A stretch of DNA of 64,000 nt from Tubiluchus corallicola (lineage: Eukaryota > Animalia > Priapulida): assembly GCA_030141605.1 (NCBI GenBank), contig JAQGDQ010000177.1, positions 1 to 64,000 on the forward strand. The letters run 5' to 3'. The notes below the pieces were generated by a model that was not told the DNA's origin, ran no database searches, and saw nothing but the letters and a program-made list of their open reading frames with translations. How positions within the stretch are numbered: the stretch's first letter is position 1; each line of letters opens with the position of its first letter. Below are positions 38,501 to 52,800 of this stretch, one piece after another. A program made the translations under genes and the position numbers.

Positions 38501-41500
38501 TCCTACATCGGCCCAGACGGTAGTGTCATTAACGAAGTTTCGTTAAAAAAACAATGCATATGTTACAGGAAGTGCATAAAATTTAGACATTTTACAAAAA
38601 TTCCTAGGTATTTCACATAATACCTATAAATTTTGCGAAAAGTGTGAAATAAATGTTTTTGTTGCTGCATTTTGACACTTTACCGAGACTCGATCTTTGT
38701 ATAATATCAATACACAATGTAAAAAATGGCTTACACCATTTAAAACCAAAATAAATCGTGTTAAATCAACTTTCCAAGATTTTTCTGTACAATATCCTGG
38801 CATCATGTTGAATGCATAAAACAGCTAGTCAATGTATTAATTAAACAAGAAGTGCAAGTAAACAGGTGAATTAATTGTCTTACTGGCATCCAAAAATTTT
38901 TTTATAGAAAATAACCGAGTGGCAATAATTAAATAGTATAGTAGTGTCGATTTTAGAATAATTATGAGATTGTGCAAAATATATACGGGTAGCACAAAGT
39001 ATATCAAACAGTTCACTTTCCAAGGTGCTATGTGATTGCTTTTTCGTTGGAATAAACAAAACATCATAGGCCATAATGAGGAGACTGCTTTTTTGCTCTG
39101 ATGTTGAAGCCATTTACATGATTAATTGTTGGGAGTCCTTGGTATTTTTCATCACTTGTATTTCCGCACCAACCTGCACATGAAACACAATTAGGATTGA
39201 CGTGCTAATGTCCTTAAATCTGAAATTCCTTTTTAATTAACGATTTCTATAAGAAAATCATGGGATGTGTTTACTCTGTTGTCATGATCCGTTTTTCATT
39301 AAAAATTAGAATATGCATCGTGGAGACAGATCCATTCATACATCAGAATGAAAGAAACTCTCCCTCTAACTATGTAACAATGTACAAGGCAGATCCATTT
39401 AATGGACATATTTGAGGGCTGTATTGGGCCCTGTAACGATCTATGAAATAAGTATATAGTACTGTCCAGGCAACATGGTCTAAAGGTTCTACACTGAAAA
39501 CTGTGCCCTCTCTGTATATTCATAGTCTCTCTATAGGTATATCTTATAACTTCCATAAAACAAACAGTTGATAACTATTATTTCTCTTAAAGTTACTGAT
39601 TTAAATTTCATCTCGCAATGTTTAGCTATGCAAATCTGATAACCATGATTCAAGTTAAATTTTATCTTGCAAATGTTGTTTTTCTGAACATTAAAATATT
39701 CTCTTTTCTCTTTTGTGTTTTGGACCATATATAATTATGTCTAATGTTTGCTATATTTAGGAACGACTGGTTTTTGTTTTTTGCTCTTGTTGTATTTTTG
39801 TTTTTTAGTATTTATGGACGTTTATGTATTTTTTAATAGTTGTGTTCTGCTGTCATTAGCGTCTTTTTGTTTACTTGTCTTTTTGAGAAGGGTGGTTGAC
39901 TGGCTAACCTTTGGTTTTTCGCCACCCTTTCTGCCATGTTCATTTGTATTTTTGTATATTTTATTGCTAATTTAATGTAAATATATGGAGAAAATAAAAA
40001 ATACTTACTTACTTACTCTGCCCTGTGACAAATTTTAAAGATAAATGTGACAAGAACAACAATCACCAACATGTCACACGCTTAATTTTGTACCAATTCA
40101 AAAATACAACACTTTACTCCAGGCAGTAGCTGTGAATGAAACAATCATGCAAACCGAACGTTTGCTTAAAATGCTAGTTACATTTTTTCACAAAAAAATT
40201 TGCAAATACGTAAAACGCCCATTTTCTGGAACAAAACTGGCATTATATAAAATGCCTTGGAAAATTTCATCAAAATATTTTATCCTTTGTTTAATGTTCA
40301 TACTGCCTAAAATTTATTCAACATTTTATAAAATGAATACTAAATAGAATAAACAAAAGACTTATACACTGTGCTTAATAAAACTTTTGTCAAGAGATGC
40401 CCAGGAAAAGGGAAGCAGAAATTATTTCAACATTTGACCTGGTTTGTTTTGGTATGCCATAAAATATCTAGGTATTTTATAGAATGCCCGGTTTCATATC
40501 TTTGCCTGTAACACATACATAAATATTGTATACAACGTTGTAATTTACGCGCTTTCTTATACATGTAAGCTCTTTAAAGGGCGAAATAAAATTAATTATA
40601 AATTTCATTACGTTTATTATAAAGACAAAAATTAGTTCTTTACGTTCACAGATGCAAAACAATGCTTGATTGCGTAAAAAATACATAAGTGCACGGCTTT
40701 TGTGTTCGCGTCACGAAATGATTATTTTCTGGTCGAATAAGCCTACAAACAATATAGTGATGACGTCGACATCAACACTAAAGGAAAGCAGGATGATTTT
40801 TCATACACTACCCCATTTTCAAGTCCGATAAAAATATAAATTTTTTAACACAATTAATACTGCAAAAGCGTTTCTGATAAATAAATAATTGATTAAAATC
40901 TTAATTAACGGCGGGCGAGCCCAACTATTGATGACATCAAAAACTAACATAATTTTCAGAAGCAAAAATATTCCACGAGGGTGATCCACGTATTTGCGAA
41001 AGTGAATATTGAGGTACAGCGCTACTGAAAGATATTCAGTGTGTTATACTAAAACTAGGCAAGTTTTAAGATACAAATTTAAATTTGAAAACTACCGCTA
41101 AACTCTTTCATGAGCTATCGAACGTGCGTAGTTCGTCAGAAACTAACACATCTGAACTGAGAAGTACAACACCTGTTTTTCTGTAATGTGTTTCCAAGAT
41201 GCAGGCGCTAGTGTCCGTCTAACCAGCGAATGGCGAAATGCATGTAACAGCGAAAAGCTAGTGGCGCGAACGCGAAATTGGGTTCGTGTGGTAATAATTC
41301 TTTCACGTAAGTCATTTTTGAAAAAATAGTGTGTCCCCTTTCAATATTTCAAAGAGTAGATTATTTTGACCTACAGTTTAAGATTGGGTTCGGTTTTGCG
41401 TTAAGAAATTTAACTTCATTTCTAAACGCTACAGGATACAGTATACTTCATTGCGTATACCATAGAACTGGTTTTTCTCTAGCGTTAATAAAATCAAAAT

Positions 41501-42227
41501 GCGAATCTAACAAGCGTTTAAATTTCCGTTTTAACTATTCGCTGGCGATTAATGATGCGGTAAAATATTTCAGCACCGTTGTATTTAAACCAACAATAAG
41601 AAGTAATTATTGCGATTAGTTTAACAACAGAGTTTTTTTATAACTCGCAAAACTGCAAATACATAAATCAACGGAGCGAGTAATCCAGATGCCCTTATTC
41701 CATTTGGAGAAATGTTAGTCTTTTTTTACAAATTATTTGCCGCTAACTATCGACTGATTGAGCAGAGTAGGCTTATTTTGTGAGGTTTTTTACGATTTGG
41801 GTCACACTGTTCATAATTCCGCGGAAACGCAATGTTTATTCACTGAACTGCAAAGCCGTCATTATTAATCAAACAACAAAGATCGTGACAATATCGACCC
41901 GATGACCTGAAGTAAATTAATAAATCAACACACAGGTGAAGAGTTACCTATGCAAACGTGACTCATAATAAACATGAAGGTTGAAAACAGATAACTAGGC
42001 TAGTAACATCTGTTCTTCTCGGCTAGACCACACAAACATAATTAAAAGTATTATGCCTCATAAACTAGTAATGTATTATTACTATTGACATTTGAAATGA
42101 ACCGACAATTATGAAACCAAACTTGGTCAAAATTCAAAAGGCCAGACTACAAAAATTAAAAAAAATTATTTTCAAAGGTATACGTGGCTGAGGTTTAGTC
42201 GTAAATAATATTAGGTATAATATAATA

Positions 42228-42258
<31 letters not shown>

Positions 42259-45200
42259 GAGTAATAATATAACAACAACAACAACAGCAGCAACAGCAAC
42301 AACAACAATAATATTAATAATAATAATAAATATAATAATAATAATAATAACATCAGCTAACATCATATGGTAATGTTAAGTTACTTCCCGTTTCAACAAG
42401 TGACGCGGCGTTACAAGAGTTAATTAACCGTAGTTCCTTTGCGTACATCCTGAACTAACAATCTACTTACTGACTTACACAATTACACAAGTTTACAATG
42501 CTTACTAACAGTCTATACTTACTGACTTACACATTTACGGGCGTTTACAATGCTTACTATACAGCTTCTAAAATGCTTTTCAGAAAGCTAAAGAGTGACG
42601 CCAGAGACTGGCAGTAGGCAGCAGCTAAATGTTTTAAGTTTGTATATAAAAACTCTATCTAAATAGGGCCAGTTTAGCTCAAACGGGAACAATTTGCTTA
42701 GCGAAGCCTGCAATTATAATATAAACTAATCAATCATTAATATAAAAACATTTAACATTCTTTAATTTTTCCGAAACATCCACGTTTAAGTCATACTAAA
42801 TGTCACATTTAAAGCCCAGTGCTACACAAAGGGATTTAAGTCAGCTATAACAACAACAATAATAATTCAATTCAAAAAATTTATATGTCCCTTTGTTTTA
42901 CATAATGTAGTATATTACATAATCGTTGATTAGCAAATGAAACTAGAAACGGAGTGGCGAAATAATAATAATTTTGTATAGGACATAAACCTCAGGGCAA
43001 ACATCAAAAATAACTTAGCATTAAATTTCCATGTTTATTATTAACTACATGATATTAAATCCATGTGCTTGGTCGAAGAACCAACGTGGCCGGAAACTGA
43101 ATTTAAGACCACCCAATTGAGTATTAAGTTGCCCCAACTGCCAACAAGAATATAGCAGGTGGTACAAGGAATAGTTTGGTGAAATATCATTAATTTTTTT
43201 TAACTATTTTTGATCAAATTTTCAAAAATACACTTCACATAAATGGCGTATCCTAGCTTTAAACCATGAAACTTAATTGAGGTCAGCATCTAACTGTGAT
43301 CAGGAATCGGCACAATATTAATATATTCACATTCTAAAAGCCTTGCGACTATGGTAAAGTGATGTTAATCATTTGTGGTAAATGTACCCCCCATGATCAC
43401 GATAATTCATCTTGACATTCGACCTTAACAGATTTGCCAAAAATGTAATGATTCCTGGCGTAAAAGTGTAAAACTAAAAAGAAAAGATAATGTAGGATTA
43501 AGTAGTAAAGAGGCATTAAGAGACGAATCATCTGAGACACTGATTGTTGTGCAATTTAGGCAATTAATCATATGAAATTAAGAGACCTTGACCTTGACCT
43601 TATTGGATATGTGAAGTTTGTTACATTTTTAAAGCAGCGTTAAAAAACTTCACTTGTTTGTGTGTCAAATTTTCTACAATCGTCTTGTTGAAGCATGCTG
43701 TTTTGCATTAAACGACTAATGTAAAACTATAGAAATTAGAAAAGCTTCAATGTGAATATTAAATGTGCCATACAATTCTCATTATAATTATGACAATTAC
43801 AACTGCCACACCGAAATCGTTTGTAGATTTATTTTTCCCACATACTGTCATATTGGAAACATAATGCAATACAGTCTAAAGAGCATATTAATGTCAGTTA
43901 TGCAAACATTAGGTGGAAATGTAAGTAACTAGATGATGATGCAAATGAAATACTCGAGATACTACTTTACGTATGAACTGAATTGAAGTACTGATCACAT
44001 GTTAAATAACAACAGCTTTTAACTCTTATATAAGTTCCCACAACATTACCTGTTGATGACAGAATTTTCGTGTTTTTTGTGCATGCTTGCTTTTTATGCA
44101 CCAATCTAACTCATCATAAAGATTCCAAGATGTTTAAAAATAACGTCAAGTTATCAAAAATTCAAAATATAATACTGTTCATTAGAAAACTTACATTTTT
44201 GTTTCGTTCCCGTATTAAAGATGACTTTCCGTTGATTACGATATTGTCCCCAATGAACTCGACCACCAATGAGTCATCATAAATTGCATTATTATCATCT
44301 TCCTTGTCCTCTGTCAGGGTGGAAAATATGACGTTGCCGAAAGAACTCTGTATCATATAGATGGCTGACTCCCTGTCCGATTCTGTGCAAACCTCATCAA
44401 TGTTTGACACGGGAATGTCATCGTCCTGTATTAAGCAGTTTGGTGATGAGTCATCCAATTCAGTTTGCGGTGGTAGTGAAGATGGAATTTCGGGAGGTTC
44501 GTCATAGCTAACTATGTGCACAAAATTAGACTTATGATCATTCTGGACTAACATATTGTAAGACTCTTCGCTGTTTTCTGAATCACTGCAGACGTCGTCA
44601 ATATTAGTAACTGGTAATGGCGATTCACAACGAGACGCTTCATCAAGGTACTCTGTATTGGTGTGTTCGAAATTTCTGCCTTGATTACTTTCGCAATCAA
44701 GTGCTGGATGACTCGGCAGACTGTTCCTGTTTACAACAGCATTTTGGAAATTTGGACTGAGTTCATTATCTGATGAATCCAGTTGTTTGACTTCAGTGGA
44801 TACTTCCATCTTAATACCAGGGATATGAAGATTACTCCTGTCGCCACTGCCCAACTTTGATAAGGAATCATCAGCTGAACTAAATATGACATTTCCCCTA
44901 TCCATATCATCATTCTGAGTCATTATTGACAAGCGTGGCTTTGGCGTTGGCGCGCTCATCTTCTTACCATCAGTGCTTGAGATATCAACTCCTCCAGCTC
45001 TCTCAACAATATCGTCAAAGGTATTGCTGACAATTGGGGCTACAACTGCTGATTTTAATGAATCGCTTTCAGAGCTAACAGGCTCTAAACTTATTTCTTT
45101 ACCTACAGATTGACTAGTAGTGCATGAATCAGCAGTGGCTTCACTGGCAGCATCATCCAGGCTTACAGCCACTTCCTCAGATTCTTCTTTATACTGAAGC

Positions 45201-46846
45201 TGCCCAACAGACACCCATTCAGAATCTTCTTTTCTTTCCGCTTCCTGTTGATGTTTGACATCAGCAGATGGACTGATTAAAGTATTATCTATGTGGGCAC
45301 ATTTTTTACGAGGTTGAGCAATTTTACTTGGCTTCACCAATTCCTCTTCTAACACTTTTGGTTCCTTATCATTTATTTTTGCGATCTCGTGCTTATTTGC
45401 TAGACTAGACCTGATCATTGCTGTTTCTGTTTCTTCGTGTGCTTTCTTTATTTTATCTTCTAATAGTCTTAATTTATTGTCAGTATCTACAGAACTGTGC
45501 TTATTAACTGCTTTTGAATAGGTGGCATTTACTGTCATTTTATGAGCAAATGTCACAGCACCTCCCAAATGCTCATCTAATTTAGTTTTCAATACTTTGG
45601 TGCTTTTAACAATTTCTTCTGGTTTAGGTGACACCTTCACATCCATTTTTGTGTTCATAGCTTCTGAACAATGTTGCTGTTTTTCCATCTCTAATTTAGA
45701 AGTTTTTTCTTTGTTTTTATCTACATCACATTTTTCAGAAATTATTTCACATGTGAGTACTTCATCAGGAGGTGTAATGGCTTCAGGTTTAAGTTTAACA
45801 TTCGAATGTCGCTTACTATCTATCTTATGCCAGCTCGGTTTACTAGGAGACAGTTTTGTATCCACTTCATCAACGAGAATCTTTCGACACCTAACAGGCC
45901 CTTCAGCATTGAGTTTTTGTTCAAACAGTTTCCACAGAGATGCCACTGTGTTGGGTTTTGGAAGTTCCTCAGCGATCATTTCTCTGTACTGCAGACTTGG
46001 GGTAATTATTGGTTCTGGACATGGGGGTGGTGGTTCTTTCTTTTCAAAAGTGCTAACATTTTCTATTATAACCATATTTTCTCTCACCAAAAGCGGATCG
46101 CTGAAAGCATCTACGATAGATGAAGCATTGGAATGAGAATCAAAATTTATAACTGGTTGCTCCAAATCATCATCTGCTGTTAGGTCTTCACAGCTGTTCG
46201 ATTTTCGATGTTCGCTCGAGCTGTAATTGTTTGAATCTGTATCTAAATTTAGCAAATCACTCATTGAAGAAAATTTATTGCGTAGTTTACTAACAAAGCC
46301 AGGTTTAAACACCATTTCATATTCCTGTTCTGCCTCTGGTAGATCACTAGGTGTATTCGCTAAAATTGCATCACCACACTGTTCTTGTTCTACACTGTAA
46401 CCTTCTGTACTTGATTCACTCACACTTAATTTGCCTGGAACTGATCGACTTCTAGCAAATGGCAACCGACTAAAACTGAGTTTCCCCATTTCACGTTCAC
46501 TTTTAATCCACGGATTTTCTTCAAAAGGCAGTATATGCTCTTCTTCTGGCGAATTCTCTTTTGCTTTCAAAACTTTATCCTCGGAGGTAGTTTTTTCAGT
46601 GAACAAGGTTTTAACGTCTTCTTTTTTCATCGGTGCTCTTTTTTCTTGCTTGGCACTTATTGTTTTCGTATTACATAACTTATTGCTAACTATATCGCTA
46701 TGTTTTTCCGTACACTGACTTTTCTTCTTCAATACTATATCTCTTTTCCAACTAGGCAATTCTGCCAGTTTACTGGGGTCAAGCCCAGCCGCCTTCTGTC
46801 GACGTTTCCTGTCTAGCACAGTCTGCTTCCACTCCGGAACGGACAT
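32557..46846 (-). CDS. Taperin/phostensin (TPRN/PPP1R18)-like PP1 regulatory, actin-associated protein, ~1014 aa
   Basis: Exons 46846-44195, 37921-37714 and 32741-32557 with matching phases (0, 1). N-terminal VPEWKQTVLDRKRR / LPSWKRDIV; ENPW; RENMVIIE; PVTNIDDV and PVSNIDEV; GKSSL...KN|LRIKF (RVxF) ...YEYPSEQSLL; GLGHYSP; C-terminal SDLLF. Confidence 0.85.
33361..34975 (-). mobile_element. Degraded RTE-X-like LINE 3' portion in a taperin-like intron
   Basis: Fragments LFNSLIKPISLYGSAV*, KQKLQNMYLEKW and NKLRNYCKVKESY, with many stops and frameshifts. Confidence 0.65.
40782..41400. mobile_element. TTAA-targeting MITE (Kolobok-like), copy 2, inverted relative to copy 1
   Basis: (C)TAA|AGGAAAGCAGGAT...GGGTTCGGTTTTGCG|TTAA; reverse complement of 9383-9963 along its length. 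Confidence 0.75.
42220..42560. repeat. Compound (AAT)n/(AAC)n/(AGC)n microsatellite and a 2-copy ~52-bp repeat
   Basis: Microsatellite at 42220-42350; TACTTACTGACTTACAC...GTTTACAATGCTTACTA occurs twice at ~42464-42560. Confidence 0.8.
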
Positions 46847-49837
46847 TGTTTGTTGTACCTAGCGATAAACACTATCCGCCAACACACGAAAGTGAAATCA
46901 AAGAAAACTGTTTGGGTAGAAAACTGGTATTAAAGCATGTCAATGTCCGAATAACTCACTCGACCATCTTCTGTGCTTATTCTACAGTAACTTTGTGTAC
47001 GGTGACGGTCGGTGAGTAATATACAGGGTTGCCAGCTAACGAAACTGAAAATTCAGCCAAATTTAGCTAAAGTACGCTGACATGGCGATGAGGAGAATCA
47101 AACAAGCACGTAGAAGGTTACTGTGTCCCTGAGCAGACGATTTCAAATTCTGAGCCGAGCTCAAAGAGGTTCTCACATTGTATAATTAAAAATTGCTAAT
47201 GGGAAGTGAAATTAACTTCTTTGGCCGAGTTACATTTATTGTTTATAGTTGAGTTAATTAAAATCAGCAGACGATTTTCTGATTAAATTTCTGATAATGA
47301 ATTTGGGTTTATTGTGTCAATTAGCTATGTAAATCTAGGCTCTAGATCTACATGTAAATTTTTAAAAATAAAAGAATATGTATAAGATTTACTTTTAATT
47401 TAGCTATACGCTATTATACACATAAAAATAATATTTTCATATTTTTTGTTTTGTTAAAAATTATTATGACTGTTTGTGCCTTTGTCTATGTAGATGTAGT
47501 GGCTGCTGCCAGGTGTTCTTCTCGTATTTAGGAGGATGACGGATCACAGAAGCTGCTTGACGGGTTCACTTTTAAGAAAATCAACACTAAGTTAGGTATG
47601 ATGAAACTGTAAAATGAAGTAGGCTGCACGAGTACTTGTTGCAATTATGATTGAACCAAGGTATAGGCCTAATAATAACCAAGAATCATTAAAATCACCG
47701 AAGTACTAAAGTAGTTTCGTGAGCAACACGAGAAGTAAATTTTATTCATTTGATTAACATTATTAGTGAATCATATACGGAAGTCAAGTCTGTGCGTACA
47801 ATTTACAGGTGACCATAATTATTTTGTTTGTTGCGGTTGGTTGGTAGGGCCTTGATTAATTGCTGTTTAAAAGCATATTCTAATTGACGTGGTAGGTTTA
47901 ATATAGGAAAGAATTTGCACCACACACCCACTCACCTACACACACGCACACACACACACACACACGCACGCACACACACTCACACACTTAGTGTGTATCG
48001 AATTAGTTTCGCAAACCACGATACTCTGGAATTTCTGCTGACTTTTTTGCATGGATCGAAGTCCTCAAAAACAAAAGAAGGGCAAAGTAAAAATATTAAA
48101 ACTGAGCATTAAGTTAAATTAAGATGTGAGAAAGATTTAACATTGATAATTTATGCAGTAGGCACAGTGTCTAAATGGTTGTAAAGCATACTAATTATTT
48201 TTTCTAAAGACATATATCACACGGATGCTATATTTTTCGGGCACAACTAAATATGGCGCCATTGCAATAATATAATGGATAATTAGAATTTTATTTTCAA
48301 CATTTTTATTAGAAGCGTATTTATTTTGAATGCTCCGTATATAGGAACCTATAGTTTGGCAGGCAGATGGCTCCGCATATTTAGTTCCGTGCTCCATTCA
48401 TCGCCCTTTATCATCACTTGCACTAACTGGAGAATAATTTATATTGTAATAATATTATATTATATTATTAAACACAAGAAACTTGGATAAATTTTAGTAT
48501 AATCAGTAAGTGAAATCAAGGCGTGATTTTGTTCACTCTTTTTTACTATTACATGATCGAATATAAGCTGATGCGACATAAACAATCGTGGCGCTGTATG
48601 CTTCGCTTCCTTTTTAGCCTACATGAAAAGTATTACGCATAAAATTTAATTCTCTTTATTTCAGTTTTAATCATACAATGTACTGCAAATTTACTATAAA
48701 ATAATGTGACTATTTACAATTGAATAATACATTTCTGTTTTAAGTTACAGTAGTAGTAGTATTTTTAGTAGTATAATATAGTACACATAATATAGGTAGT
48801 AAACAAGAGTCAACTGGTACAATAACTAAAGGACAAGAAGTACCTGAAGTAGTTTGAGAAAAATCGCCTTAACGAATTGTATTACTCAATAGCAATTTTA
48901 TGCGTATGTCGCACTCGCGTTGAAAGGACTTCATTTTCATTTTAAATCACACGCAGTACAGTTTCGACCGCACCATTGCATGACGTCATATACGTACAAC
49001 GTAAATCAGGGAAAGAAAAAATGTTAAACTATGTCTCAAAAAACTTTCTATGCAAAGTACTAAGCAGTTCACTTACCTGCTTGAAAGACTTATGTAACTA
49101 GAAAAGAAAATTGTTAATTATTTAAAATGCTTTCACCAATTGGTGAAATGTCGCTGATTCACCCTCCAGGGTGCACCACTCACTAACCAGAAAACATATT
49201 TTTAATCGTATTAACAAGACACAGTAATTTAAAATTTTACTTAGCGGCGTGTCCGATACGAATGTTCTGATTATTTTATAAACTTTACGCAGTGTTATTT
49301 GAACTTGTTTCAAGTAACTTATCGTCGAACTGACTGCGTCTAACGGTTATCGTGGGTGCTTAAATTTTCACGTTTATACAGCGTTACTGCCGACGCAAGC
49401 CCTATATGCAAAAAGACAGTACGTAAGTGGTAAAAAATGTCAAAACGAATTTTTTAAGCTTTATGTAGGTTGAGAGTTTTCTTGTGTGTCAGTCTAGCTG
49501 AGCTGACGTTCAAAACCACACATTCATAATCGTTATTGGCCACAATGCAAAACTTTCAACATTTAGCTTAAATTTAGTTACGTGGCAACCCTATTTGAGA
49601 AACTTGTTATTCAATACGACATGTCATGTTTTCATCGAAAACGAGTTTAAAAAAATCAGCAAAATAAATTTTAACGTTTGTCAAAATTTGCGAAAATAGC
49701 AGAGAGAAATTCAGTTACTAATAAGCAATATTAACACAATTACGTTTTAGTCATATTTGTGAAGTATTTGAATAATTTACTAAACGCTGTTATTTAAGTT
49801 ATCGAAGTCTAGATGGCGCAACGAGAACGTGTACAGA

Positions 49838-52800
49838 ATGGCTGCGTTTCATCATGCTTCTTCAGTCAAGGTCGCTAAAATTTTATATAAAACACAGGTA
49901 AAGACAATTACTTATTTTAAATACATGATTTTAGTAATTTGGACGGAATGGCTGACAAGCTAACTTACGTTCATTCGCTAGCTCTTTACCCATACATTAT
50001 ACGTTTGTCATCATGCTTGCCATAAATAACGCTGAGCATGGCACATAAAGTAGTAGAGTATTCATTGTACCCTTTGTGGATAAGATATTTGCAAAAACAT
50101 GTTCTGTGACTTCTGTCTCCAGTCATACTTCAGGGGTATTAATATAGGAGACCTCCAGTGCCAAAAAATATGTGTCTAGTGCATTTTTGAAACGGTTGAT
50201 CACCTCAATGTACCTTATTCAAAAAATACGGATCTAGTTGATAACTATCTGTAAACGATCCTCTCTCAAATGCCTTTTGAAACTGTCAACTGTTGAAGCG
50301 CTGATGGTTGATGATGAAAAATGATTGAATGGTTAAACTCAAGATCATCCCAAATTGGACAAAAGGGCTTTAAATTATTAACAAATAATAGGATGCTAAT
50401 ACCTGGTGAAATACAATCAGCGATATCATTAATAAAAATAAGGAAGCAGTATAGGCCACTCAAGGTTCCTTGGTGGATACCACTTATAACAGTGTGCCAC
50501 TCAGTGGATATACCGTTAAGAATAACACATTAGAAACGATGAGTAAGAAAGTAACTGAAGCCTTTAAGAAGCTTACTTCTTTATCAGAATATTCCATCTT
50601 CAGTAAGAGATGTTGGTGGGACAGAATCAAATGCCATGTACGATATCAACACCAGGCAAATTATAATCATCGAAGGAGCTAGTCCACTGATTTAAACACG
50701 ACAATAGTTTAGAGAAGACTGAATGTAGAAGAGAACCATGTTGGGATTTATATATTCATTCAGCTTGAATAAGAAAAGTTAGAATCCTGTCGTACAACAC
50801 TGATTCAAAACATTTGACAACTACTGATGACAACTACATGAAGGACATGTATTGGCTTGTTGAGAGATGGGGCTAACATTACAGTTAAGCCAACATTGGG
50901 GGAGGACTGAACAGGCAAGGCCTTATCATCAGGCTCATGTTTGAAGAAAGAAACAAAAGTGTCATTTATTGTAGAAGTGACCTTTTCAGGACAAGTAACA
51001 ACATCATTACAATCTTTATTATTATTATAATCTTTCATGCAACTAATACGGTTAGAAGGCTTCAAGAAGTATTTACTATATCTGAAGAATTACTTGCCAT
51101 TTTTGTTCAACCTACTTGTGAGTCTATTTTCACACCTCATCCTTGCATAGTGAATAGACATATTATTTAAATGAACTTTGCAATGTGATTCTGTACTATA
51201 TTGAATATAACAGAATGTACTAAATAATAATTATACTAAATGCTGTTACTTTGTTACTTGTTTTAGAGTTTAAGAGTACACAGCTTGAAGGAACCGTCAT
51301 TAGCATGTTTTTGTTGGAGAAGTTTCAAGTACAATGACTTTGGTACAACTAGTGCTTTTCATGGCATTCATCAGGTAGATGCTTCAGAACTGTCAACTCA
51401 CTTATACATATATGTTGAAATATATACTTTTGCATAAGCCTAATTGCTATTTGTTAGATGTCTTAGTTCTTGCTTTTAGATAGAATTGTGAGTGTTTCTG
51501 GGTACAGTGTACTGTGAGCTCGAACTTAGACAGCATGGGCCTTTATATGGATGACTACTGGAAAAACTTGTTCTACTAAGGTTTCATCTGCTTTATTACC
51601 CTCGCTCTAAGAGACGTAGACATCAGAACGTGGTTTAGACAGCTTTGTCAATTGAGTGTTGCATCTCACAGGATTGTTGTTAGTTAAAATATGGTTCTCC
51701 CATAACCATTAATTTAGGTCCTGCATTAAACTGTTGATGCCACCTTGCTGTAGTAGAGTACATTAAAAAGGAAATTTGTGGCGTGACTCTGGTGTCAATT
51801 TTTTGAAAGCTACGTTCATTGTATGTTTCTAATGAAAAAAAAACGAACAGACGGTTAATAAAATAACCTATGTGGTGGTTTTATTTCTCCTAAAGTTGAA
51901 ATTCCAATTCAAACATCTATTGTCAGCTCTGCACTTTTCTTGTGATACCTTCATTTATTTTCTTTCTCTTCCTAGAGCTTTTTTTTTAAATTGTAACCTT
52001 TGTCTTGAGGGCTCGTAGTTTACTGCACTTTTTTTAGTCCAGAGTTTCTCTTTGACCGTCTCACCTTGATTTGTTTAACTGCTTGACGTATCTTTTGTCA
52101 TATCTGCTGATGTCATTTTTCTCTTCTTCCCCACAACATCGTCTGTGATTTCAACAAAGGTGCTAGAAATAATACCAGTTTTATTGCACTGTCTATTTAA
52201 ACTTGTTCCTGTTAAAATGGCTGTTTGCTGTTTTGTAGTTTTCTGAATTTCACAGGCAATATGCCAGAAATTAATACCATAGATTTTGGGTTTCACATCA
52301 GTGGAGTAGTGAAACGTAAAACTTGATAATTTAATTTAAGCTAATTTCACTTTTTCCTTGTTGAGCAGCAACATTCTGGATGGCATGGTCAGAGTTCTAA
52401 TCATTTTCCTATGATGTGTAATTTCGTTTAGGACATAGCCCCAAGGATAACACTTTAAGTACCTCAATACTTATTTCCAAGGTGGTTCTGATTATTATTA
52501 CTCACACCTTACTTTAATAAACCCACGTGCAAGTCTTTCGTATGACTCGGTTGAGAGTTGAACCCATGACCTCCCGGGTGTTAAGCTAGCATGCTACCAT
52601 TGAGCTACACCACCCGGTACTATTGTGCAAAAATTATCGTGCCATCTGTTGACCTGAAGATTGAAGTGTTCAGTAAGATATAACATATAAGAAAAATTTA
52701 TTACACATAATGTATAAATGAAAAAAGTATAATGCAAAGCTCTAACATTAATAGTTTCGCAAGTTTGAGGGTAGCTTAATGACTATAAGCAGCCTCAAGG

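Noticed and set aside
39060-39175. Extra taperin exon
   Set aside because: Not frame-compatible, and GKSSL...KN|LRIKF is already contiguous without it.
45597-46718. Plus-strand ORFs antisense to the taperin-like exon
   Set aside because: Shadow ORFs of a long coding exon with no recognisable motifs.
52540-52617. tRNA gene
   Set aside because: A and B boxes are present but the cloverleaf and acceptor stem do not close; it continues into SINE-type sequence.
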